NCBI GenBank assembly: GCA_963815215.1
Contig: CAWFFU010000010.1
Span: 224,001-288,000, forward strand
Source of the DNA: an uncultured Trueperaceae bacterium
Lineage (GTDB): Bacteria; Deinococcota; Deinococci; Deinococcales; Trueperaceae
Direction: 5' to 3'
Length of the DNA: 64,000 nucleotides
In this document: one piece after another, positions 7,979 through 17,682 of the stretch
Layout of the letters: each line of letters opens with the position of its first letter
Numbering within the stretch: the first letter of the stretch is position 1
Notes under the pieces: model-generated
Seen by the model: the letters and a program-made list of their open reading frames with translations, nothing else
Databases searched by the model: none
Told to the model about the DNA's origin: nothing
Translations under genes and position numbers: made by a program

Positions 7979-10720
7979 TCAGGCCACGCGTCCCAACCCC
8001 ACGGCCTTGCCCACCTGTCCGACCAACGTTGGAGCCAGGCTGGCGGACGCCACCAGTCCCCAGGCGGAGGCGTCGAGGGGGGTGAGCTCCAGCACCAGCC
8101 GAGCGCCGGGTATCGCCATGGCCGCCAGCAGCAGGCCGCTGCACAGTGCCAGCGCGCCCCACACCCACGGGTTGCGGGTGATCTCGTTCGCCAGCAGCGG
8201 GCTCCCCGGCTCACGCATGTCGAACACATGCCAGAGTTGAGCGAAGGCCAGCGTGAGGAACGACACCGTCACCGCCTCGGCCGGGCCCAGGCCGAGCGGG
8301 CCCAGCGCCAATGCGAACGCCGCCAGCACCGCCAGCGTGATCAGCAGGGCGTAGCCGGTGAGGCTGCGCCAGTGGCGGGCGGCCAGCACCGGCTCCGCCG
8401 GGTCGCGCGGGCGCCGCGCGAGGACGTCGGGGGCGCCCTCACCGGCCCCCAGCGCGAGTGCCGGGAACACGTCGGTGACCAGGTTGAGGAACAGGATCTG
8501 GAGCGGTGGAAGCAGGGGCATCGACGCCCCCAGGGCCGACGCCGTGCCGATGACCAGGATCTCGCTCAGGTTGCACGACAGCAGGTAGAGCACGAAGACG
8601 CGGATGGTGTCGAAGATGATGCGCCCCTGCTTGACGGCCTCGACGATGGTGCCGAAGGCGTCGTCCTTGAGGACCATGTCGGCCGCCTCGCGGGCCACCT
8701 CGGTGCCGTGGAGTCCCATCGCCACCCCGATATCGGCCTTCTTCAGGGCGGGGGCGTCGTTGACGCCGTCGCCCGTCATGGCGACGATGGCGCCGCGCGC
8801 CTGGTAGAGGCGGATGAGTTCGAGCTTCTGCTCCGGGGTGACGCGCGCCAGGATGTCGGCGCCGACCAGCGCGTCGTCCCCGTCGGCGCTGCGGTTCGCC
8901 AGCAGGCGGGCCATGTCGCTTCCCGCCACGACCTTCGCCGGGCCGGCCGTCAGGCCAACCGCCCGCCCGATGCTGGCGGCCGTCACCGCCTGATCGCCGG
9001 TCACCATCACCACCCGGATGCCCGCCTGATGGCAGCCCTCGATGGCGCTCGCGACGCCCTGCCGCGGCGGATCCTCGAGCCCGACCAGCGCCAGCAGGGT
9101 GAGGTCGCCGTAGAGCTCGGCCTGCTCCCGCTCCTCAGCGCGCGAGGCGAGGGCCAGCACGCGTAGACCGCGGCCCGCCAGCTCGCGGTTGCGCTCTTCC
9201 CAGAGCGCCCGTTCACGCGACTCCAGGTGGTGGCTGCCGTCGGCATGGGCGACCCGGGTGCAGGCTTGCAGGACGCTCTCCGGAGCGCCCTTCACGGCGA
9301 CGCGGTAGCGTCCGCCGGCGCCGCCGGCGCCGGCCTCGTGGAGCGTGCCCATCATCTTGTTGTCCGGATCGAACGCCACCTCCCGCACCTCGGGGTGACG
9401 GTCCAGGAGCGCCTCGCGCGTCACGCCGGCCGCTGCCGCCGCCCGCAGCAGGGCCACCTCGAGCGGATCGCCGACGCCGTGGCCGGACGCGCCGCCGAGC
9501 GCGGCGTTGTTGCACAGCGCTGCCACCTCGAGCGCGGCGCGCAGGTTCGGGAGCCGCTCGAGCGCGGCCGGCGCGCCGTCGAGCGTCAGGCCACCGCCCT
9601 GCCCGGACGGTTCGGCCCGCCCCTCGGCCAGCCACAGGCCTGCGACACTCAGGCGGTTCTCCGTGAGCGTGCCGGTCTTGTCCGTGAAGATGACGCTGGT
9701 GGCCCCCAACGTCTCGACGGCCGACAAGCGATTGACGAGGGCGTTGCGATCGGCCATGCGGCGCATGCCGCGGGCCAGCGTGATGGTGGCGATGATCGGC
9801 AACCCTTCGGGCACCGTCGCGACCGCCAGCGCGATGGCGGTCTCCAGGATCAGCAGCCACGGTTTGCCGGCGAGGAGACCGGTGACGCCGATGACGGCGG
9901 CGACGACCAGCGTGACCCACACCAGGCGCTGGCCGAGACGGTCGAGGCGGTGTTCCAACGGCGTGGCCTCGTCCTCGGCCTCGGCCACGAGCTGCGAGAT
10001 GCGTCCCAGCTCGGTCCCCATGCCGGTGGCGATCACCACGCCCTCGCCCGATCCGCGACTGATCGAGGTTCCCTTGTAGAGCATGCAGGCGCGCTCGGCC
10101 AGCGGGGCGTCGGCGGCGACCGCCCGGGCGCGCTTGCCGACGGGCAGCGACTCGCCGGTGAGTGCCGACTCGTCGGCCTGAAGCTTCGACGCCTGCAGCA
10201 GCCGCACGTCGGCGGTGACGACGTCGCCGCCCTCCACCAGCACGATGTCGCCCGGAACCAGCGCGTCGGCCTCGACGGTGTCGAGCCGGCCCTCTCGGCG
10301 GACGGTGGCGTGCACCCGGCCGAGACTGCGCAGCGCCTCCATCGACCGCACCGCGCGCAGCTCGGTCATGAAACCGATGGCGGCGTTCACCGCCAGCACC
10401 ACCATCACCGCCAGCGCTTCCGCCCACTGTCCGAACAGTGCCGACAACAGCGCCGCAGCGGCCAACAGGGCCGCCAGCATGCTTCGGAACTGCGCCACCA
10501 GGATCTGCCCGCGGCTGCGCCGCAGTGCCTCGCGCAACGCGTTCGGGCCGTAACGCTCGAGCCGGCGCGCGACTTCGTGCGGGTCGAGGCCCGAGCGGGG
10601 ATCGGCGTCGAGGGCGGACAGGACCGCCTCGGATGGCAGGGCCCAGGGCGCGGCCACGGCTCCGCCCACCGATCCGGGGTCGGAGGCGTCCCGGTCGGGA
10701 GGGATGCGGGTCGCGCTCAT
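7979..10720 (-). CDS. P-type cation-transporting ATPase (type IIA, Ca2+-like)
   Basis: TGES, PEGL, DKTGTLT, MVTGD and TGDGVNDAPAL motifs; multiple TM segments. Confidence 0.95.
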   Translation of the reverse strand: MSATRIPPDRDASDPGSVGGAVAAPWALPSEAVLSALDADPRSGLDPHEVARRLERYGPNALREALRRSRGQILVAQFRSMLAALLAAAALLSALFGQWAEALAVMVVLAVNAAIGFMTELRAVRSMEALRSLGRVHATVRREGRLDTVEADALVPGDIVLVEGGDVVTADVRLLQASKLQADESALTGESLPVGKRARAVAADAPLAERACMLYKGTSISRGSGEGVVIATGMGTELGRISQLVAEAEDEATPLEHRLDRLGQRLVWVTLVVAAVIGVTGLLAGKPWLLILETAIALAVATVPEGLPIIATITLARGMRRMADRNALVNRLSAVETLGATSVIFTDKTGTLTENRLSVAGLWLAEGRAEPSGQGGGLTLDGAPAALERLPNLRAALEVAALCNNAALGGASGHGVGDPLEVALLRAAAAAGVTREALLDRHPEVREVAFDPDNKMMGTLHEAGAGGAGGRYRVAVKGAPESVLQACTRVAHADGSHHLESRERALWEERNRELAGRGLRVLALASRAEEREQAELYGDLTLLALVGLEDPPRQGVASAIEGCHQAGIRVVMVTGDQAVTAASIGRAVGLTAGPAKVVAGSDMARLLANRSADGDDALVGADILARVTPEQKLELIRLYQARGAIVAMTGDGVNDAPALKKADIGVAMGLHGTEVAREAADMVLKDDAFGTIVEAVKQGRIIFDTIRVFVLYLLSCNLSEILVIGTASALGASMPLLPPLQILFLNLVTDVFPALALGAGEGAPDVLARRPRDPAEPVLAARHWRSLTGYALLITLAVLAAFALALGPLGLGPAEAVTVSFLTLAFAQLWHVFDMREPGSPLLANEITRNPWVWGALALCSGLLLAAMAIPGARLVLELTPLDASAWGLVASASLAPTLVGQVGKAVGLGRVA

Positions 10721-10962
10721 GACACCAGCCTAACGGCGCGGCGCCGGAGCCGGCCGGGACGCCCGCATTGCCGGGACGGCGCCCGGGCGGACCGGTTCCG
10801 CTGCCCCCCGACCGCCGCGAGCGGCCGCGCACTGCCGGGCCCCGCAGGCGTGTCGTCCGGGAGGCAGGCCCGGGCGCGCTCGCTCGGGTAGGCTCTACAG
10901 CGCCGGCATCGCGTCACGAACGACCCGTCCGCGGCCGTTGCCATCGAAGGAGGCGGTTGTCC

Positions 10963-11961
10963 ATGCAGTATCGCTCTCTCGGTTCCTCCGGACTGCGCGT
11001 ATCGGCCCTGTCGTTCGGCGCCTGGGTCACCTTCGGTGACCAGATCGGCGAGGACACGGCCTACGACATGATGAAGGCCGCCATCGACGCCGGCGTGAAC
11101 TTCTTCGACAACGCCGAAGCCTACTCGGCCGGCAAGGCCGAGACGATGATGGGCAACGTCATCAAGCGGGCCGGCTGGAAGCGCTCCGACCTGGTGCTGT
11201 CCACCAAGATCTTCTGGGGCGGGCCCGGCCCGAACGACCGGGGCCTGAGCCGCAAGCACATCATCGAGGGCACCAGCGCCGCCCTGAAGCGCCTGCAGAC
11301 CGACTACGTCGATCTGATCTTCTGTCACCGTCCCGACCGCTCCACCCCCATCGAGGAGACGGTGCGGGCCATGAACTACCTGATCGACCAGGGCATGGCG
11401 TTCTACTGGGGCACCAGCGAGTGGACCGCCGAGGAGATCCGCGAGGCGCACGAAGTGGCGCGCCGCGAGCATCTGGTCGGGCCCACCATGGAGCAGCCGC
11501 AGTACAACATGCTCCACCGTGAACGCGTCGAGCGCGAGTACGCGCGCCTCTACGACGCGTTCCAGCTCGGTCTGACGGTCTGGAGTCCGCTGGCCAGTGG
11601 GATCCTCACCGGCAAGTACGATGAGGGCTTCCAGGAGGGCACGCGCTTCGGGCTCGAGGGCTACGAGTGGCTGCGCCAGCGGCTGGAGTCCGAGCAGGGG
11701 ATGCGCGAGCGCGAGAGTGTCAGGAACCTCAAGCCGATCGCCGACGATCTCGGCATCAGCCGCGCGCAGCTGGCGTTGGCCTGGGCGCTGAAGAACCCCA
11801 ATGTGAGCACCGTCATCACCGGCGCGTCGCGCGCCGAGCAGGTCACCGAGAACATGAAGGCCGTCGACGCGGCCGACAAGATCACGCCCGACGTGATGGC
11901 GACCATCGACGAGGTGCTGGGCAACAAGCCGGCCGCGCTGGAGGCTTTCGGGCGCGATTGA
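10963..11961 (+). CDS. aldo/keto reductase (Kv-beta-like subfamily)
   Basis: Start re-set to ATG 10963 (AAGGAGG); [36 protein letters not shown]. Confidence 0.93.
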   Translation: MQYRSLGSSGLRVSALSFGAWVTFGDQIGEDTAYDMMKAAIDAGVNFFDNAEAYSAGKAETMMGNVIKRAGWKRSDLVLSTKIFWGGPGPNDRGLSRKHIIEGTSAALKRLQTDYVDLIFCHRPDRSTPIEETVRAMNYLIDQGMAFYWGTSEWTAEEIREAHEVARREHLVGPTMEQPQYNMLHRERVEREYARLYDAFQLGLTVWSPLASGILTGKYDEGFQEGTRFGLEGYEWLRQRLESEQGMRERESVRNLKPIADDLGISRAQLALAWALKNPNVSTVITGASRAEQVTENMKAVDAADKITPDVMATIDEVLGNKPAALEAFGRD

Positions 11962-12000
11962 TCCCGCCTTCGCCGCCCGCGCCAGGCGGTCTCGATACGC

Positions 12001-12044
12001 ACCATCCGGGCCCGTCCGCACCTTCGCGGACGGGCCCGGATGGT
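12001..12044. terminator. GC-rich hairpin between convergent genes
   Basis: 19-bp perfect stem accatccgggcccgtccgc / gcggacgggcccggatggt, 6-nt loop. Confidence 0.65.
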
Positions 12045-12143
12045 GGACGCCGGCGGGACCGCTCCGTCCGATCCGCGCCTCGGTACGTCGCGCCGGCCCG
12101 CGCCGTGGGGTCGGCCAGGTGCGCCCCGCGCGCTACCCGTGGT

Positions 12144-13490
12144 TCAGGGAGCGGTCGTGAACGTCGACTCCTTGGACGAGGTGGACCAGCTCGGCATGTC
12201 CGGCCCTGCGATCGAGATCGGCCCGGACCCTCCGGCGAACATCCCTTCGAGCTCCAGCAAGGGACCCACCATCCCGGCCGGACCGGCCGCGGCGTCCATC
12301 GACGCGAAGGGCCCTACGGCCTGGACCGAGAAGGCGTAACCCGCGCCATTCGGGAGCGCCCTGTTGATGGCGGTGAGATCCGGGAGGGTCGTCGAGGTAT
12401 CGGTCGTGACGATGTAGAGCTGGGTCCCGGTCCCGGTCGGCTGGAGCGCCACCAGGTAGACCGATCCCGCCAGCGCCGTCCAGCTGAAGGTGGTGCCGGG
12501 AGCCACGTTCGTGGCTCCGGAGGCGGGCGCGGTGGGCATGGCGACGTCGGGCAGGATGAGGGAGGCCGACGGGTTCGGCGCCGTCACGGCGTCCCACGCT
12601 GCGGTGGAGTCGCCCGCACCGTCGCTCGCCGCCGCGGCCAGTCCGTGACTGATGCCGCTGGCGATCGGCACCATGGTGTTCGAGAACGAGCCGGGCGGGG
12701 TGGCGTTCGCAAGCGGGAGCCCCACGAGGGCGCCGGCCGAGGCCGGTCCGAACCGGATCACCGCACGGCCGTCGTTGAGCGTGTAGCCCGATGGCGCCGT
12801 CAGGCTCCCACTCAGGGCCCCTGTCGAGACGGAGCCGGCGGGGATGGTGACGCCCGTGAGCGCGTCACCGTCATGCAAGGTGACGTCGGTCGAGCCGTAG
12901 CCCGTGTAGCTGGTCGGGTTGCCACTGCCGTCGACGATGGCGCGGATGCCGTAGAGCGTGATGTGCAGTGGATCGGTCGTGCTCCACCGGACCGTGCCGG
13001 GCCCGATGGTCGAGCTGCCGGAGGCGCCGCCCGCGCCACCGAACGCGATCGCGGAGCCGCCTGGGAACATGGCACCGACCTCGGTCGGCTGGAACGGAGC
13101 GGTGCCGATCGTGCCGGCGACGGTCGCCTGGTGGCCGGGCGAGACCCCCAAGACCTGGACGGTCGGGTCGGTCCTCGTCAGGCCCTGGTAGACCCAGACC
13201 TCGGAGTTGCCCGGGAAGCTCAGGGTGACGTCGTAGGGCGTGTGGACGTCCGCTACCGTGAAGGTCCCGTCGGTTGCGGTGCTCGTGACCTTGCCGTCGA
13301 CGAGGACGTTGGCGTTGGCGATGGGGCTGAAGGTGTCGATCACCCGCCCTTGCACGGTGATGACCGACGGCGCCGTTGGTCCGGCGCAGCCCGTCAGGAG
13401 CGTCAGGGTCGCGAGGACTGCGAAGCTCGCGATCGCCAGTGGCGAGCGGATGACTCTGGGGGAGCAAGACGAGCGTGGCTGGTCGGGCAT
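12144..13490 (-). CDS. surface lipoprotein, Thr/Gly/Pro-rich beta-sandwich repeats (carboxypeptidase-regulatory-like N-terminal domain)
   Basis: Start ATG 13490 with GGAGGTG RBS; lipobox LLTG-C; ITVQGRVID...PIANANVLV...TATDGTFTV pattern. Confidence 0.8.
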   Translation of the reverse strand: MPDQPRSSCSPRVIRSPLAIASFAVLATLTLLTGCAGPTAPSVITVQGRVIDTFSPIANANVLVDGKVTSTATDGTFTVADVHTPYDVTLSFPGNSEVWVYQGLTRTDPTVQVLGVSPGHQATVAGTIGTAPFQPTEVGAMFPGGSAIAFGGAGGASGSSTIGPGTVRWSTTDPLHITLYGIRAIVDGSGNPTSYTGYGSTDVTLHDGDALTGVTIPAGSVSTGALSGSLTAPSGYTLNDGRAVIRFGPASAGALVGLPLANATPPGSFSNTMVPIASGISHGLAAAASDGAGDSTAAWDAVTAPNPSASLILPDVAMPTAPASGATNVAPGTTFSWTALAGSVYLVALQPTGTGTQLYIVTTDTSTTLPDLTAINRALPNGAGYAFSVQAVGPFASMDAAAGPAGMVGPLLELEGMFAGGSGPISIAGPDMPSWSTSSKESTFTTAP

Positions 13491-13574
13491 GCGCACCTCC
13501 GGAGGGGTGGTCGGCGGCACCGCTCGAACCGGTCGGGGCACGAGGCAGGACGCGGGCACGACCCCCACCTAACC

Positions 13575-13622
13575 AGGATGGCAGGGCACCGTCTAGCCTG
13601 CGTCTAGCTTGCGTCTAGCCTG
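13575..13622 (-). promoter_or_regulatory. three 11-bp direct repeats (core CTAGACG) 9 nt upstream of -10-like CATCCT; candidate SARP site
   Basis: + strand cgtctagcctg-cgtctagcttg-cgtctagcctg at 13590-13622; hexamer at 13575-13580. Confidence 0.7.
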
Positions 13623-13631
13623 CGCCCGACG

Positions 13632-15125
13632 TCACCAGTTCCGCAGCGTCTCGACCAGCAGGCGCACCCCGAAGCCGGTCGCCCCCGCCGGGCGGTAGCC
13701 GTCGGCGCGGTCGCGCAGCACCATGCCGGCGATGTCCAGGTGGGCCCAGGGGTAGGCCACGAACTCTTTCAGGAAGGCGGCCGAGGTGCCGACCCCGCCG
13801 TTGCGGGCGCCGGCGTTCTGGATGTCGGCGATCTTCGAGTCGATGGACTCGCGGTAATCGTCGTAGAGCGGCAGCGGCCACACGCGCTCGTGCGTCGCCG
13901 TGCCCGCGCGCTCGAGCCGTCGGCCGAGCGCCTCGTCGTTGGAGAACACCCCCGCCGCGACCCCCTTGCCGAGTGCCACCACGCACGAGCCGGTGAGGGT
14001 GGCGAGGTCGATGACGGCGTCGGGCCGGAAGCTCTGGGCGTGGGCCAGGGCGTCGGCGAGCGCCAGGCGCCCCTCCGCATCGGTGCTGAGGACCTCGATG
14101 CTGACGCCGTTGCTCGCCACCAGCACGTCCGAGGGGCGGTAGGCGGCGCCGTCGGGCATGTTCTCGACGCAGGGGCAGATGCCGACCAGATGCAGCGGCA
14201 GCTCGAGCGCAGCGGCGGCCTGCATGGCGCCGAGCACGGCCGCTGCGCCGCCCATGTCGCTCTTCATGGGGATCATGCCTTCGTGCGTCTTCAGGGACAG
14301 GCCGCCGGAGTCGAACGTCACGCCCTTGCCCACCAGCACCACGGTGGGCAGGTCGGAGGCCTCGGGGTTGTGCTCGAGCACGATGAAGGCCGGCTCGTTG
14401 CGGCTCCCCTGGGCCACCGCCAGGAAGGCGCCCATCGAGCGCTGCTGGGCCCAGGCTCGGTCGCCGACCTCGATACGAAGGCCGTGGCGCTCGGCGACGG
14501 CACGCGCGGTGTCGGCCAGGTGGGCGGGACCGGCGACGTTCGGGGGGCGGTTGACGAGGTCGCGGGCCAGCGCCACGCCCCCGGCGACGGCCTCGGCGAC
14601 CGCTGCGCCCCGTCGCAGGGCATCCAGCCGGTCGGCGTCCCGCTCCACCAGCACGATCGCGCTCAGCTCGCTGGGAGACTTCTGGGGGTGCTTCCAACCC
14701 GCGAAGCGGTACGCGGCCAGCAGGCTGCCCTCGGCGGTAGCCTGAGCGGCCGCCTCGGCATCGATCCCGCCGGCCCCAGCGCCGTGGACCACCGTCGCCA
14801 GGCTGCCGCCGCCGAGCTCCAGCGCGCGCTGCACGGCCGCAGCCGCAGCGTGGCGAGCGGCCTCCGCATCGAACGTCGCCTCGGGTCCCAGGCCGGTCAC
14901 GATCACGCGCTTGGCCGGCATGGACCCACGAGGATAGAGCACCGTGGTCTCGCCACGGGCGCCGCTGGCATCGCCGGCGGCGAGGAGCTCCCGGAGCGCT
15001 CCCTGGAGGGCGGCGTCGACGGCGCCGGTGGCGCCGGTGGGCTCGCGTGTGCCCTCGAACAGGTTGACGACGACGGTGTCGGCTTCGACGTTCCGGATGT
15101 CGGCTTGGCGGATCTCCACTCGCAT
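13632..15125 (-). CDS. pepA: leucyl aminopeptidase (M17)
   Basis: VGKGVTFDSGG, MKSDMGGAA, STDAEGRL, DLATLTG, WAHLDIAG; GGAGG before ATG 15125. Confidence 0.95.
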   Translation of the reverse strand: MRVEIRQADIRNVEADTVVVNLFEGTREPTGATGAVDAALQGALRELLAAGDASGARGETTVLYPRGSMPAKRVIVTGLGPEATFDAEAARHAAAAAVQRALELGGGSLATVVHGAGAGGIDAEAAAQATAEGSLLAAYRFAGWKHPQKSPSELSAIVLVERDADRLDALRRGAAVAEAVAGGVALARDLVNRPPNVAGPAHLADTARAVAERHGLRIEVGDRAWAQQRSMGAFLAVAQGSRNEPAFIVLEHNPEASDLPTVVLVGKGVTFDSGGLSLKTHEGMIPMKSDMGGAAAVLGAMQAAAALELPLHLVGICPCVENMPDGAAYRPSDVLVASNGVSIEVLSTDAEGRLALADALAHAQSFRPDAVIDLATLTGSCVVALGKGVAAGVFSNDEALGRRLERAGTATHERVWPLPLYDDYRESIDSKIADIQNAGARNGGVGTSAAFLKEFVAYPWAHLDIAGMVLRDRADGYRPAGATGFGVRLLVETLRNW

Positions 15126-15227
15126 GACGGCCTCCACAGGCGGACGATACCGCGCGCCGGCCCGGGCGGCGGGCGGCGTCGCGCGGGTGCTTCCGCGGCG
15201 TGGGGCCGTCCCCTATCCTGGAGCCCG

Positions 15228-16295
15228 ATGCTCATACGCCCCGACGAGCTCTATCCGGAAGGCGCAGGCGCGGCGGAACGGACGCTGATCGACGTGCGCT
15301 CGCCCAGGGAGGTGGCGCGTGGCGCCATGCCCGGCAGCCACGCCCTGCCGCTGATGAGCGACCGCGAGAGGCACGAGGTCGGCATCCGCTACAAGGAGGC
15401 CGGCCAGGAAGCCGCCATCGCGCTGGGGTACGAGCTGGCCGGGCCGCATCTGCCCGGCCGCATCGAGGCGTGGCGCGGAGCGTGCGCGGGTGGCCCGGCC
15501 GCGGTGGCGTGCTGGCGCGGTGGCCTACGCAGCGAGCTGGCGCTGTCGTTCATCGATCGGGGCGACGTGGCGCGGGTGGCGGGCGGGTACAAGGCGCTGC
15601 GCCGTCACGTGATGGAGGCGCTGCCCCGTTCGTTGGGCCGCAAGCGCCTGGTGGTCCTGACGGGGCTCACCGGCTCCGGCAAGACGCGCCTGCTGCGTGC
15701 CCTGCCGGCCGACGGCGGCCTGCAGGTGCTCGATCTGGAGGGTGCGGCGCGCCACCGCGGCAGCGCCTTCGGGGCCGAGGACGTCCCGCAGCCCAGCCAG
15801 CAGACCTTCGAGAACGCGCTCGCGACCGAGCTGCTGCTCAGCCCGGCCGAGCGTCTGGTGGTGGAGGACGAGTCTCGCTACGTCGGACGTCGAACGCTAC
15901 CCGACGGACTGATGGAGGCCATGCGCGTGGCACCGCTGGTGGTGCTCGAGACGCCCATGGCGGAGCGCGTCACCCACATCGTCGAGGAGTACGTGCTGGC
16001 GATGGCGCGGCGCCACGGTGTGCGGGCCGCGCGCGAGCGGCTCGAGCACGACACCCGGCGCATCCGCAAGCGCCTCGGCGGTGGCCGCACCGACGGCGTG
16101 GTGGCGGCGCTGCACGCCGCCGAGCAGGCGGACGCCTGGTTCGAGCCCTGCGTCCATCGCTGGTGGGTGCAGACGTTGCTCGAGCACTACTACGACCGCC
16201 TCTACCGCAAGGCGATCGAACGGCACGACCGGCCCGTCGCCATCCGCGGCGACGCCGACGCGGTGACCGACTACCTGCGGAGCGGTCCTGCGTGA
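15228..16295 (+). CDS. selU: tRNA 2-selenouridine synthase
   Basis: Rhodanese domain (IDVRSP, CWRGGLRS, GGYKA) plus P-loop GLTGSGKT, HRGSAFG, QPSQQTFEN, EDES; start re-set to ATG 15228. Confidence 0.92.
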   Translation: MLIRPDELYPEGAGAAERTLIDVRSPREVARGAMPGSHALPLMSDRERHEVGIRYKEAGQEAAIALGYELAGPHLPGRIEAWRGACAGGPAAVACWRGGLRSELALSFIDRGDVARVAGGYKALRRHVMEALPRSLGRKRLVVLTGLTGSGKTRLLRALPADGGLQVLDLEGAARHRGSAFGAEDVPQPSQQTFENALATELLLSPAERLVVEDESRYVGRRTLPDGLMEAMRVAPLVVLETPMAERVTHIVEEYVLAMARRHGVRAARERLEHDTRRIRKRLGGGRTDGVVAALHAAEQADAWFEPCVHRWWVQTLLEHYYDRLYRKAIERHDRPVAIRGDADAVTDYLRSGPA

Positions 16296-16321
16296 GCCGT
16301 ATCCGCCTCCGAGGAGCGAGC

Positions 16322-17377
16322 ATGGAACCAGAACCGGCCGTCGCGCCGATCCGCCTGACGCACACGGTGAAGAAGGGTGGTTGTGCCGCCAAGATCGCCG
16401 CGGGGACCCTGAGCGACCTGCTGCGTTCGCTGCCGCGCCAGAGCCACCCGGACCTGCTGGTGGGCAACGACATGCTCGACGACGCGGCAGTGTGGCGCGT
16501 CTCGAACGACGTTGCGATGATCCAGACGCTGGATTTCTTCACCCCGATCCTCGACGACCCCAGCGACTTCGGTGCGGTGGCGGCGGCCAACGCACTCTCC
16601 GACGTGTTCGCCATGGGGGGTACGCCGACCACGGCCCTCACGATCCTGGCCTACCCCCTCGGCATCCTGCCCGATGAGGTCCTGGGCAGCCTGATGGCCG
16701 GGGCGGTGGCCGCCATCAACGACGCCGGCGCCTTCCTGGTGGGCGGCCACTCCATCGAGGACGACACCCTCAAGCTGGGCTTCAGCGTGACCGGACTCGT
16801 CCACCCGGACCGGCTCTGGAGCAACACCGGCGCGCGCCCCGGCGACGTGCTGATCCTCACCAAGGCCGTCGGCACCGGCACGCTCGCGGGCGCGCTCAAG
16901 AACGATGAGATCGCACCCGAGGTCATGGCGCCGGCCATCGCCTCGATGCGACAGGTCAACCGTCTCGACCTGGACGACGGTCTCCACGCCGCTGTCCACG
17001 CCGCCACCGATGTGACCGGCTTCGGCGTGCTGGGGCATGCGCTTCACGTGGCTGAAGGCTCGGGCGTGACGCTGCGCATCGACACCGGCGCGTTGCCATT
17101 GCTGCCCGGCGCCGAGGACACGCTCAGGCGCGGAATCGTCACCAAGGCGCATACCAGCAATGACCGTTATGTGCGGGAGCGGGTGAGCGGTCGCGAGCGC
17201 GTGGACGGGGTGCGCTGGCTGACTGCGGTGGATCCGCAGACGAGCGGAGGCCTGTTGCTCAGCGTTGCCCCGGAGCGCGCTGCGGAGCTGCTGGCAGTCG
17301 TGGGCGAGCGGTTCCCGGCGGCGCGGGTGATGGGTGAGGTGACGGTGCGAGGCGCGCGGCCGCTCGAGGTGGTCTGA
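16322..17377 (+). CDS. selD: selenide, water dikinase (selenophosphate synthetase), Cys form
   Basis: GGCAAK, DDAAV, QTLDFFTPI, ANALSDVFAMGG, GGHS, TDVTGFG, DPQTSGGLL; GAGGAG RBS. Confidence 0.95.
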   Translation: MEPEPAVAPIRLTHTVKKGGCAAKIAAGTLSDLLRSLPRQSHPDLLVGNDMLDDAAVWRVSNDVAMIQTLDFFTPILDDPSDFGAVAAANALSDVFAMGGTPTTALTILAYPLGILPDEVLGSLMAGAVAAINDAGAFLVGGHSIEDDTLKLGFSVTGLVHPDRLWSNTGARPGDVLILTKAVGTGTLAGALKNDEIAPEVMAPAIASMRQVNRLDLDDGLHAAVHAATDVTGFGVLGHALHVAEGSGVTLRIDTGALPLLPGAEDTLRRGIVTKAHTSNDRYVRERVSGRERVDGVRWLTAVDPQTSGGLLLSVAPERAAELLAVVGERFPAARVMGEVTVRGARPLEVV

Positions 17378-17389
17378 CCGGGCGCGCGC

Positions 17390-17590
17390 TCACGGCTCGC
17401 CCCCCTCGTCGGTGACGATGCCGCGCAGGGCGATGAAGTCGGCCAGATCCTTGGCGGACGTGAAGTACGCAGCGGCACCGCTGGCGACGTCGCGCACCGA
17501 GCCGCGCAGGGCGGGCGGGCCGGACGAGGCGGGCTCGTGCCACACGCGCACGACGAACACCCACTGCTTGCGTCTGCCGGCATCGTCCAC
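17390..17590 (-). CDS. 66-aa hypothetical microprotein (FVVRVW...LRGSVRDV...YF...DLADFI)
   Basis: GGGAGGG RBS before GTG; compact alpha/beta-like sequence; own repeat-bearing promoter. Confidence 0.72.
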   Translation of the reverse strand: MDDAGRRKQWVFVVRVWHEPASSGPPALRGSVRDVASGAAAYFTSAKDLADFIALRGIVTDEGGEP

Positions 17591-17622
17591 GTCCGCCCTC
17601 CCAGCGTTCGACTCCCGCGCCC

Positions 17623-17655
17623 ACTATGGCGGGGCGGCGTCTAGGCAGCGTCTAG
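17623..17655 (-). promoter_or_regulatory. two CTAGACG heptamers (11-bp period) 9 nt upstream of -10-like CATAGT; candidate SARP site
   Basis: + strand cgtctag at 17638-17644 and 17649-17655; actatg at 17623-17628. Confidence 0.68.
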
Positions 17656-17682
17656 CGCCGCACCCGGCACGCCCTGCGGCCG

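Noticed and set aside
7867..8240. Small + strand ORFs overlapping the P-type ATPase 3' end
   Set aside because: Low-complexity translations, mostly antisense to a confident gene.
13740..15227. Long N-terminal extensions of the selU (from 13740) and selD (from 15200) ORFs
   Set aside because: They overlap pepA or selU; homology starts at 15228 and 16322, where -10 or RBS signals exist.
16322..16400. Possible selenocysteine recoding in SelD
   Set aside because: The active-site codon is TGT (Cys); there is no in-frame TGA.
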